Shown: positions 56,347 through 64,000 of the stretch, one piece after another
Numbering within the stretch: position 1 is the stretch's first letter
Layout: each line of letters begins with the position of its first letter
Source of the DNA: an uncultured Pseudomonadota bacterium
Lineage (GTDB): Bacteria; Oederibacteriota; Muellerivitia; Muellerivitales; Muellerivitaceae
Assembly: GCA_963770835.1 (NCBI GenBank)
Contig: CAVYRH010000019.1
Coordinates: 192,001 to 256,000 of the forward strand
Length of the DNA: 64,000 nucleotides
Direction of reading: 5' to 3'
Position numbers and translations under genes: made by a program
Notes under the pieces: model-generated
Told to the model about the DNA's origin: nothing
The model's database searches: none
What the model saw: only the letters and a program-made list of their open reading frames with translations

Positions 56347-56811
56347 TCAATGCTTCAGTTTTTCTTCTTCCTGGATGATCTTCACGACGTCTTCCGGCGT
56401 CTTAGCCGAAAGCAGGGACTTGCGGAAGTACTTGTCCTTCAGGAGGCTGGAGATGCGAGCCAAGGCCTTCAAATGGGCTCCCGCGGCGCCTTCCGGGGCT
56501 ACTAAAAGGAAAAAAATATTGACCGGCTCGCCGTCAAGGGAATCGAAGCTGATGCCGTCGGCCGAGAGGCCGAAAGCCGCCGCAAGATCCGAAACCGTGT
56601 CCGACTTCCCGTGGGGAATGGCAATGCCCTGGCCGATGCCGGTGGAGCCCAATTCTTCCCGCTCCATCAGGGTCTGAATCATTTTCTTCTTATCCTTCAC
56701 TTTGCCCGACTTGACTAGCAGTTCCACCAATTCCTTGATGGCGTCCTTCTTGGTCTTGGACTCCAATGACATTTTGATGGCTTCAACGGTCAGAAAATCC
56801 ATGATCTGCAT
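56347..56811 (-). CDS. ptsN: PTS EIIA (nitrogen-regulatory PtsN / fructose-type)
   Basis: EREELGSTGIGQGIAIPHGK, FDSLDGEPV, HLKALARISSLL. Located downstream of rpoN-hpf. Confidence 0.88.
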   Translation of the reverse strand: MQIMDFLTVEAIKMSLESKTKKDAIKELVELLVKSGKVKDKKKMIQTLMEREELGSTGIGQGIAIPHGKSDTVSDLAAAFGLSADGISFDSLDGEPVNIFFLLVAPEGAAGAHLKALARISSLLKDKYFRKSLLSAKTPEDVVKIIQEEEKLKH

Positions 56812-56898
56812 AAACCAACCCCCTTTTTTAAACGGCAATTTCGACGAATTCTAATTTTCAATGATGAAGGATAAGAATTCGAAGTTTCCTTTGGATCG

Positions 56899-57438
56899 TC
56901 AATAACCGGGCTCAATGAGCCCAATGTGATTGTCCTTCCGCTTATAAACGACGCTCGTACGATCGGTCTCGGCGTTGGAGAAAACAAGGAATTCGTCCCT
57001 GGAGACGGCCAATTGGAGTGCCGCTTCCTCAACGGTCATGGGCTTGACGGCGTATTTTTTTGAGCGGACTACCGTCACACTTTCGCCTTCCGTCGGCGGG
57101 GCGATCAAGCCATGCATAACCGAGCCCAGCGTCTTGGGGCTTTCCACGCGGTGGCGTCCGACCCTTTTGTCCTTTTGCTTGTGGGCCTGTTTTTCCAGCC
57201 GCTGCAAGGCCGCGTCAATGGATTGGTACATGTCGTGAGAGGAAGCCTTAGCGCTTAATTTCAGAGACTTGGCGGTGAGGGTCACCTCGCAAATGTGCAG
57301 TTTCCTCTCAAAATTCAAAACCACGTGGGCTTCCTTGATTTTCCCCAGGTATCTTTCCACGCGCTTGATCTTGTCTTCAATGTGGGTCTTTAACCCTTCC
57401 GTTAAAAGTTCGTGACGGCTGGTGATATGGACCTTCAT
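56899..57438 (-). CDS. hpf: Ribosome hibernation promoting factor (long HPF)
   Basis: ITSRH..LTEGLKTHIEDK, DMYQSID, and the long-HPF tail KPMTVEEAALQL...FLVF...VVYKRKDNHIGLIEP. Confidence 0.93.
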   Translation of the reverse strand: MKVHITSRHELLTEGLKTHIEDKIKRVERYLGKIKEAHVVLNFERKLHICEVTLTAKSLKLSAKASSHDMYQSIDAALQRLEKQAHKQKDKRVGRHRVESPKTLGSVMHGLIAPPTEGESVTVVRSKKYAVKPMTVEEAALQLAVSRDEFLVFSNAETDRTSVVYKRKDNHIGLIEPGY

Positions 57439-57661
57439 GGCGGCGTTGGTTGTAACGGGAGTAAACAAGGATGGGCTCCTTTTTTTATGAAACGGCCAAG
57501 AAACGTCAAAAGAGGTGTTATTTTAACATTCGAAAGTGGGAAGTCAATTGACGGCTTGGCTTTCCCCGAAACCCGGGCCCGGATTTCAAAAGTCTTTTCC
57601 CCTTGCTTGAGCCGGTTTAGGTAAAAATATTCACCCTGACAGCCCGTGCTTTTAGGGGGGG

Positions 57662-59191
57662 TTACAACTTCCTCCTTTGGGAAGCGGAAGGAATTTTGAG
57701 TTCCTCGCGGTATTTGGCAATCGTGCGGCGGGCGATGTTGAGCCCCTGGCCGTTCAGGAGTTGCATGATCTTTTGGTCCGAGTGGGGTTTTTGCGGTGGT
57801 TCCTGGGCGACCAGCTCCTTGATTTGTTCCTTGACGGAGAGTGAGGAAACGTCCATGCCGTCCACCGATTCCAGGCCGCTGGTGAAGAAAAATTTGAGCT
57901 CAAAAAGCCCGCGGGGCGTCTGCACGTACTTATGGGTGGTCACCCGGCTGACCGTGGATTCGTGCATTCCGATCATGTCGGCGACTTGTTTCAAGGTGAG
58001 GGGCTTCAGGGCGCTGATACCGACCTCCAAAAAATCCCTTTGGATTCGGAAAATCGCTTCAGTCACCCGGAAAATGGTTTTTCGCCTCTGTTCGATGTTC
58101 TTGATGAGCCAGAGGGCCGACTGGATTTTGTTATCAAGGAATTTTTTTGTTTCCTTCCCGTCCAGGGCCTTGGGATCCTTCAAGAGCCGCCGGTAATAAG
58201 AGGAAATCCGGAGTTTCGGAACCGGTTCGTCGTTCAAGACCACCACGTATTCCCCCTCGATTTTGCGAACGTAAACGTCGGGGGTGATGTATTTGGTATC
58301 GTTTTCTTGGAAAGAACGGCCGGGCTTGGGCTCGAGCCCCGCGATAAAGGTCAAAACCTCACGCAGTTGGTCGTCTGTGCACTCCAAGGCCTTGGTGATG
58401 ACGGGATACCTTCTTTTTTCCATGTCCTCGAAGTAGTCGTGCACCAGCTGGTAGGCTTTCCGGGCGACCTCTCCCGTTTTGTTTTCCAACTGAAGAAGCA
58501 GGCATTCCCTTAAGTTGCGGGCGCCCACACCCGTAGGTTCGAAGGTTTGGATTAGTTGCAGGACTTTTTCCAGTTCCTCATGTGGGACGGTCTGGGAGGC
58601 GGCGATTTCCTCGAGGGGGTCAATCAAGTACCCGTTCTCGTCCAGGTTGCCAATCAGGATCTTGCCGAGGCTCTTTTCCCGCTCATCCTTGGCCAGCATC
58701 AACAACTGCCACTCCAAGCTTTCAGCGAGGGTTTGGGCCCTGGTAATGGAGGCTTCCATGAAATCCCGTTTTTCCTGGTCGGCGTCTGAGCTCTCCCGGC
58801 CGCCGTAAGCCGCCTCGCCAGACTCCCCGTATTCCTCCGACTCGCGGTAAAGGTTCCAAGTCTCGGAATCGAACCGGTCCCCTTCCTTCATATGCTCCAC
58901 CAGGTCGGTTTGGTGACGTTCCTTGGCCAGTTCCAACAGCTTGTCGCTGTCGGGTTGGGACTGTTCCTCCAGGGTGGGCACCGCCGTTTCGGTGGTAGAT
59001 GTCTTATCGGCGGTTTCGGCGGGGGCTTCTTCGTTTTCTTCTTCGAGGACCGGGTTTTCCTCGATCTCTTTTTCCACCCATTCCTTCAACTCCAGGGTGG
59101 AAAGCTGGAGGATCTTCATGGCTTGCTGCAGCATCGGCGTCATGATCATCCGCTGCTGCATCTTTTGATTCATTCCAAACTGCTGGCGCAT
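57662..59191 (-). CDS. rpoN: RNA polymerase sigma-54 factor
   Basis: Gln-rich region I (MTPMLQQAMKILQL), EPTGVGARNLRECL, LKPLTLKQVADMIGMHESTVSRVT, RpoN box ARRTIAKYRE. Confidence 0.97.
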   Translation of the reverse strand: MRQQFGMNQKMQQRMIMTPMLQQAMKILQLSTLELKEWVEKEIEENPVLEEENEEAPAETADKTSTTETAVPTLEEQSQPDSDKLLELAKERHQTDLVEHMKEGDRFDSETWNLYRESEEYGESGEAAYGGRESSDADQEKRDFMEASITRAQTLAESLEWQLLMLAKDEREKSLGKILIGNLDENGYLIDPLEEIAASQTVPHEELEKVLQLIQTFEPTGVGARNLRECLLLQLENKTGEVARKAYQLVHDYFEDMEKRRYPVITKALECTDDQLREVLTFIAGLEPKPGRSFQENDTKYITPDVYVRKIEGEYVVVLNDEPVPKLRISSYYRRLLKDPKALDGKETKKFLDNKIQSALWLIKNIEQRRKTIFRVTEAIFRIQRDFLEVGISALKPLTLKQVADMIGMHESTVSRVTTHKYVQTPRGLFELKFFFTSGLESVDGMDVSSLSVKEQIKELVAQEPPQKPHSDQKIMQLLNGQGLNIARRTIAKYREELKIPSASQRRKL

Positions 59192-59316
59192 GGCTTGGGC
59201 CGTCCCCGGTGAATTCTTCCTCTAGCAAGAATTATACCTTTTTAGACTTTAGAGGTAATCCATTAAAAAACATAGGGTAAATAGGATTTAAAAGTCGAGG
59301 AGGAGTGAAGCAAAAT

Positions 59317-59640
59317 CTAGCCGTGCAGCCACCAAAAATAAACCAGGAGGTTCACCCCTAGGACCGACACAGCCCCCCAAAGGAGTCCCTTTAAGTGATG
59401 GGACATCTTCTTGATGACGAAAAAGATGATGCAGGGAATGATATAAACCAGTTGGCTCAAGCCACAAAAAGTCAGCATGTACATGGGGATATTGGTCCAT
59501 TCGTCAATGGGGCCATTGGGCCCCCAATCGGCCCAAGTGACGAAAGCCGCGTAGGCCACCAGGAAACAGGCGAAGAGAAGGGCCCAGGCCAAGCCGAAAC
59601 CTTCCCAAAACGGCTGCTGACGGGCGGATGCTTCATTCAT
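59317..59640 (-). CDS. Small hypothetical membrane protein (3 TM)
   Basis: 107 aa with three hydrophobic stretches. Overlaps the amidohydrolase stop by 8 bp. Confidence 0.55.
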   Translation of the reverse strand: MNEASARQQPFWEGFGLAWALLFACFLVAYAAFVTWADWGPNGPIDEWTNIPMYMLTFCGLSQLVYIIPCIIFFVIKKMSHHLKGLLWGAVSVLGVNLLVYFWWLHG

Positions 59641-60883
59641 TTTTTCTAGCTCCCGCGCTTTCCTGCCACCCCGGCTTGAACTTCGTTTTATCCCACTGGT
59701 GGATCCAAAAATCGAGGTCGAAGGGTTGGGGAAATTCCAGTGGACCCGGCGGATAGGCCCTTCCCCCTTTAAAGACCAGCTTGAGGGTCCTGAAATTTTG
59801 GGCGTCCTTCAGGGGATCGTGCTGATAAAGCCCCAGATCAGCGAACTTTCCTTTTTCCAGGGTTCCTAATTTTTCTTCCACCCCTAAAACCTTGGCCGCG
59901 GCCCGGGTGGCCATCTCTAGGCACTGGCCCGGGGTCAGCCCCACGCTTTGGAGGTCTTTCCACTCCTTCACCGAAACCCCAAAGGGCATATGGGGATTGC
60001 CAGCGTCCGTCCCATAAGCCACCCGGCCCCCAAGGCTGAGGAACCGTTCCAGGTTTTTTTGGCTTTGGTGGTGGCCCGCCTTGAAACCATGCTGGCAGAA
60101 TTGGCCGAAGGGGTGATCGGCCCGGCGCTTCCATTCCTCCGCCCAGCCCGCGTGGGCATGAAGGGTGGGAAGGACCAGGATGTTTTTCTTGACGGCCTCC
60201 TCCCAAAGCTCGTCCGAAACGGGGCGGGAAGGCATATGGGCCACTTCATCCACCCCGCCCTTGATGCAAGCCTCGAAGTCCTCCTCGTTGGTAATGTGGG
60301 CCGTGACCCGTTTGGAAAGGGCGTGGGCGGCGGAAACAATGCTGGCCACTTCGGTCTCCGACAGGCAAGGCCCCAGTTCGTGCTCCATCCCCAGCTTGAT
60401 GACGTCCATGCCAAGCCCGGCCAATCGTTTCACCTTATCCTGGGCCTGGTACCGCCCCTGGATGGGCGCCGCCACCTTGGGACCCCAGACGTTTTCGGGA
60501 TAGCCCTTGTGGCAAGTCAGGATGGGGCCCGAGATAAAGATGCGGGGGGAAGCGATCAGCCCCGACTGTTCCTTGGCTTTCCATGCCAGGGCCTCGAAAA
60601 CATCGCTGGCCAGGTCCCGGATGGTGGTAATGCCGTTCTGGAGAAAACTAAAAAGAGTGCTTTCGTCCACAAGGCCGTGGACATGCAGGTCGATCAGCCC
60701 GGGTAAAGCGAAATGGCCCCTCCCATCCAGCGTTTTTTCCGCCATGTAAGCGGGGGCCTTCGAATGGGCTCCGGCGTAGGTGATCTTTTCGCCGGAAATA
60801 AGGATGGTCGCGTCTTGGACCGCCTTATAGCGGGCTCCGTCATAAAGGGTTACTTTTTCAATCGCGGTATTAATTTGGAGCAT
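59633..60883 (-). CDS. Metal-dependent amidohydrolase family protein
   Basis: LPGLIDLHVHG, GITTIRDL, VTAH, VAHMP, YGTDAG, GTLEKGKFADL. Confidence 0.9.
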   Translation of the reverse strand: MLQINTAIEKVTLYDGARYKAVQDATILISGEKITYAGAHSKAPAYMAEKTLDGRGHFALPGLIDLHVHGLVDESTLFSFLQNGITTIRDLASDVFEALAWKAKEQSGLIASPRIFISGPILTCHKGYPENVWGPKVAAPIQGRYQAQDKVKRLAGLGMDVIKLGMEHELGPCLSETEVASIVSAAHALSKRVTAHITNEEDFEACIKGGVDEVAHMPSRPVSDELWEEAVKKNILVLPTLHAHAGWAEEWKRRADHPFGQFCQHGFKAGHHQSQKNLERFLSLGGRVAYGTDAGNPHMPFGVSVKEWKDLQSVGLTPGQCLEMATRAAAKVLGVEEKLGTLEKGKFADLGLYQHDPLKDAQNFRTLKLVFKGGRAYPPGPLEFPQPFDLDFWIHQWDKTKFKPGWQESAGARKNE

Positions 60884-61096
60884 GCCGACCTTCCATAAAG
60901 ATTTTACTCTCATTTTTCTTAAGCAACCTTTCGGGCAAAGCCCGAACAAGGTAATGAGGATTACACAGTTTTCATTTCGGGGCCGGAGGCCCTATTCTGA
61001 AAAGAAAAACCGTGAAAGGAGGTCGGTATAACACTGATCTCCCTAAGCATTTAAAAAAATGAAAATCAGCGCATGGCACCTCGGGCAAACACGGCC

Positions 61097-61957
61097 CTAT
61101 TTTGGAAAAAGATGGTTTAAGAGGTAGGCTAACCGGACACCGGCTTTCTCCAACTGGCGGTCGGCAACCTCACGCATCTTACTGGAATAATAATCTTCCG
61201 GCAGGTCCCTTCCCCACCGGTTTTTCTCTAAAAGCGGCCCTTCGGGAAGTTCCTTATATATTTCGTTTTGGGCGATTAAAAAGCTCTCATAAGCCCAATC
61301 CGAGGCTTTTCCCCGGGCCCAGGCCTTTTCATCCTCGGGGCTTATCTCTTTTTCCAACTGGAAAGCCAGCCGACGGGGGTTTTCCTTGGCCTTGGGCTCC
61401 AAAAGATTGTCCCAGAACCCGTGGAGATCCACCCAGGTGTAATGCTCCGAATGGCCGGTAGGGCCGTAATACCGGAACCATTTCTCGTTTCCGCCCCGGT
61501 CCTTGTCATCGGCGCAGTGGAGGGGTTGGTGGACATCGCCCAGAAAATGAACAAGGAATTTCAATGCCTCCCTTTTGTCCCTTATGGAGGCAAACCGCTG
61601 GTCCAGGATGTCGCAGTCCTTCTCGATCTGGTCCACCACGCAGTCATGGTTCCGGCACACGTCCGCGATGTCGTACTCGCTTTGATCCTGGCGCACGTTC
61701 AAGTTGAAGAAATGCCAGGGAGCCGTTTCCGGGCGCATCCTCACGATGGCGTCAGCCCATGTGGAAACGGAAGCCAGATCCTGGTCCTGCCCCAGGATCT
61801 CCTCGACTGCCTTCCAGGCGCTTGGTTTTAACCGGTCCTGGGCGATGTACCCTACGGTTTGATGGCCCACATGGCCCCAGGCGCCTGACGGGGAGGGGGT
61901 GGCGAAAAAGCCGGTTCCCAAGAAGGCCCACAAGCCGATTCTTAAATAAATTTTCAT
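61097..61957 (-). CDS. Secreted S1/P1 nuclease
   Basis: Signal peptide, then WGHVGH, STWAD, PWHF, LVHFLGDVHQPLH, GGN, LHGFWDN, QLEKAGVRLAYLLN. Confidence 0.93.
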   Translation of the reverse strand: MKIYLRIGLWAFLGTGFFATPSPSGAWGHVGHQTVGYIAQDRLKPSAWKAVEEILGQDQDLASVSTWADAIVRMRPETAPWHFFNLNVRQDQSEYDIADVCRNHDCVVDQIEKDCDILDQRFASIRDKREALKFLVHFLGDVHQPLHCADDKDRGGNEKWFRYYGPTGHSEHYTWVDLHGFWDNLLEPKAKENPRRLAFQLEKEISPEDEKAWARGKASDWAYESFLIAQNEIYKELPEGPLLEKNRWGRDLPEDYYSSKMREVADRQLEKAGVRLAYLLNHLFPK

Positions 61958-62196
61958 GAGGGTTGCACCTATCCGATTCATGGGTTGGCACATCGAATTA
62001 TAGCCATTCCTCTTCGGGCAAAACTGCCGAAATCCGGAATGAAAAGAAACGGCAAGTCAGGGGAATCGGAAGGATGAAGAATCAAATGGAAGGAACCGGC
62101 CTTTAAAACCCTAGACTTTGTTCTCTAGTTTTTTCCAAAAGGAGGATCAGCTCACCTATACCGAGGCCATAAGCCTTGTAGTTGCACCTTTAGGCA

Positions 62197-64000
62197 TTAG
62201 CGCAGTAAGAGGAGTTTTGCGATGGAACGTTGGTGGCTGTTAACGGTGATGACGACGTAGTAAAGGCCGCTGGCCAAGGGGGTTCCCCAATCATCTTGCA
62301 TGTAAATCTTGATCGGGCCGTAGGGCAGTGAGGGATATGGCTTCTCCTGCACCTTCCGGAAGGCCGTGGTGAATATCTGGACCTTAACGTCCGCCGTGCC
62401 CGTGTAAGCCGTCGGCATGACATTGACCGGTCCCCCGCTGGAGGGGTTGGGGAAAACAATCGGTGTCGTAACCGCCTGGGGCGTCGAAGTGATCGTCAGT
62501 GTCGGGCTGGACGTGGGGGTGACAGTCGGATGCGTCACTGTGACCGTGGCTCCCGCCACCGGCAACCCGCTGAACTGCGCCGCCTGGCCGTTAGTTCCAC
62601 TTGCCCCTGTCATGCTGAAGCCATAGGTTCCGTTGGCGTTCGACCCAAAATTAGCCGTCGCCGTATAAGTCACTCCCGCAGAGGGCAGGAGAGTCTCGTT
62701 GAAGACGAAAGTCGCCATCGTTCCTGCGAAGGTCGCTGAAGTAATCGACACCCCGTTCGCCCATAACGTCACTCCCGTGATGTCTGCCGGGTTCCCCGTT
62801 CCTGTCACCGTGAGGCTTAATCCCGTCATGTTGATCGTCGAAGTGCTGCTGGTGTTTGTCATGAGAACCTGTTGAACCGCCACATTGGTGGACCCGGACA
62901 GTTGGTTCGAGTTGCCCGGCGGGTTGGATCCTTGGGATGCCGCCACTGTTACCGCAGTGGGTGTCGAGGAAGGCGTAGTGGTCGGGGTGGCTGTATTCAC
63001 AAGGGTATTCGTCGGGGTGGCGGTTGCCGTGGAAGTCGTGGTTTGGGTGTTCGTGGGGGTAAGCGTGGCGGTAGCGGTTGTGGTCTGGGTGGGTGTGCCC
63101 GTGTTGATCAAAGTGTTCGTCGGAGTGCCGGTCGGTGTATTGGATGGGGTTCGGGTGGATGTCAATGTGGCGGTGTAAGTGGCGCTGTTGGTTGTGGTGA
63201 GGGTGGCGGTGGATGTGGCCGTCCGGGTTGGGGTGAAGGTCGGCGTAAGGGTGGCGGTCGAGGTGGGAGTTCCCGTATTGACCAAAGTAGCGGTCGGGGT
63301 CGAGGTTGCGGTAGAGGTGGCCGTATTCGCCAAGGTGTTTGTGGGGGTTGATGTCGCCGTAAACGTCGGGGTGGCAGTCGTGGAGGAAGTCGGCGTATTC
63401 GTAGTGGTCAAGGTCGCCGTGCGGGTGGCCGTCGAAGTGGCCGAATCGGTAGGCGTTTCGGTGGACGTGGAGGTGGAGGTTTTGGTGGCCGTCAAGGTCG
63501 GCGTGGAACTCGGGGTAAGGGTGGCGGTATCGGTGGCCGTGGGAAGGGTACCGGTGGGACTCGGCGTCGACGTGCCGGTATCGGTGGGGGTACTCGTGAT
63601 GGTGGCCGTGGGTGTTTTGGTGGTGGTCGAGCTCGGGGTAAAGCTGGGCGTCAAGGTGGGGGTGTAGGTTGCGGTAAAGGTCGCGGTAGACGTTGTGGTA
63701 TTGGTGGCCGTGTTGGCCAGTGTGTTCGTGGTCGTCGCGGTCGCGGTAAAAGTTGCGGTGCGGGTGGGGCTATTGGTTACGGTGTTGGTAGTGGTCGAGG
63801 TGGTTGTCAGAGTGGCCGTCTTGCTGGCGGTAGAGGTGGGTGTGCCCGTATTGACCAGCGTATTAGTGGCCGTTGCCGTGGGGGTCGAAGTAGTGGTTTG
63901 AGAGGGGCTATTGGTGACGGTGTTGGTAGCCGTCAAAGTGGCGGTTTTTGTCGTTGTAGAGCTGAGTGTGGAAGTTGGGGTGAAAGTGTTCTGAGCTGTG
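62197..64000 (-). CDS. Mucin-like Thr/Pro-rich surface protein with T9SS-like C-terminal domain (5' end outside the window)
   Basis: Frame stays open to the window end. More than 330 aa of T-x-T-x-T repeats, a beta-rich domain, then PIVFPNP...[13 protein letters not shown]...AKLLLLR. Confidence 0.85.
   Translation of the reverse strand, partial: TAQNTFTPTSTLSSTTTKTATLTATNTVTNSPSQTTTSTPTATATNTLVNTGTPTSTASKTATLTTTSTTTNTVTNSPTRTATFTATATTTNTLANTATNTTTSTATFTATYTPTLTPSFTPSSTTTKTPTATITSTPTDTGTSTPSPTGTLPTATDTATLTPSSTPTLTATKTSTSTSTETPTDSATSTATRTATLTTTNTPTSSTTATPTFTATSTPTNTLANTATSTATSTPTATLVNTGTPTSTATLTPTFTPTRTATSTATLTTTNSATYTATLTSTRTPSNTPTGTPTNTLINTGTPTQTTTATATLTPTNTQTTTSTATATPTNTLVNTATPTTTPSSTPTAVTVAASQGSNPPGNSNQLSGSTNVAVQQVLMTNTSSTSTINMTGLSLTVTGTGNPADITGVTLWANGVSITSATFAGTMATFVFNETLLPSAGVTYTATANFGSNANGTYGFSMTGASGTNGQAAQFSGLPVAGATVTVTHPTVTPTSSPTLTITSTPQAVTTPIVFPNPSSGGPVNVMPTAYTGTADVKVQIFTTAFRKVQEKPYPSLPYGPIKIYMQDDWGTPLASGLYYVVITVNSHQRSIAKLLLLR

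Noticed and set aside
61070..62000. TGGCAC hexamers near 61075 and 61987 as sigma-54 promoters
   Set aside because: Neither has the TTGC -12 element at the required spacing.

Overview
This is a GC-rich bacterial chromosomal window (roughly 55-60% GC by eye). The lineage cannot be proven from the sequence, but the gene style resembles uncultured diderm candidate phyla such as FCPU426 or Goldbacteria (weak inference). About 1-40.5 kb is a large cell-surface glycosylation island. It holds six paralogous multi-pass GT-C (PMT_2/ArnT-like) glycosyltransferases with C-terminal PA14-like domains, a YfhO-family GT-C and a DUF2723/TMEM260-like GT with TPRs. It also has a donor-sugar operon (split transketolase, an epimerase-GT2 fusion, SAM methyltransferases), a GtrA flippase-methyltransferase fusion, NHL and NPCBM proteins and a GH125-like hydrolase. 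Next to these are three secreted mucin-like Thr/Pro-rich proteins ending in T9SS/FlgD-like C-terminal domains. One of them (about 1,457 aa reconstructed) is split by an intact IS256-family element with an 8-bp target duplication. About 46.7-59.2 kb is the rpoN-hpf-ptsN-hprK-yvcK-mannose-type PTS-ptsH-ptsI cluster, with a GH57 gene between EIIB and EIIC and no rapZ. An amidohydrolase and an S1/P1 nuclease follow. Several periodic palindromic intergenic repeats are present. No rRNA, tRNA or CRISPR array was recognised. The best candidate for an undescribed system is a multi-transferase, lipid-linked-donor O-glycosylation pathway for CTD-sorted Thr/Pro mucin-like surface proteins, possibly using a methylated branched-chain sugar.
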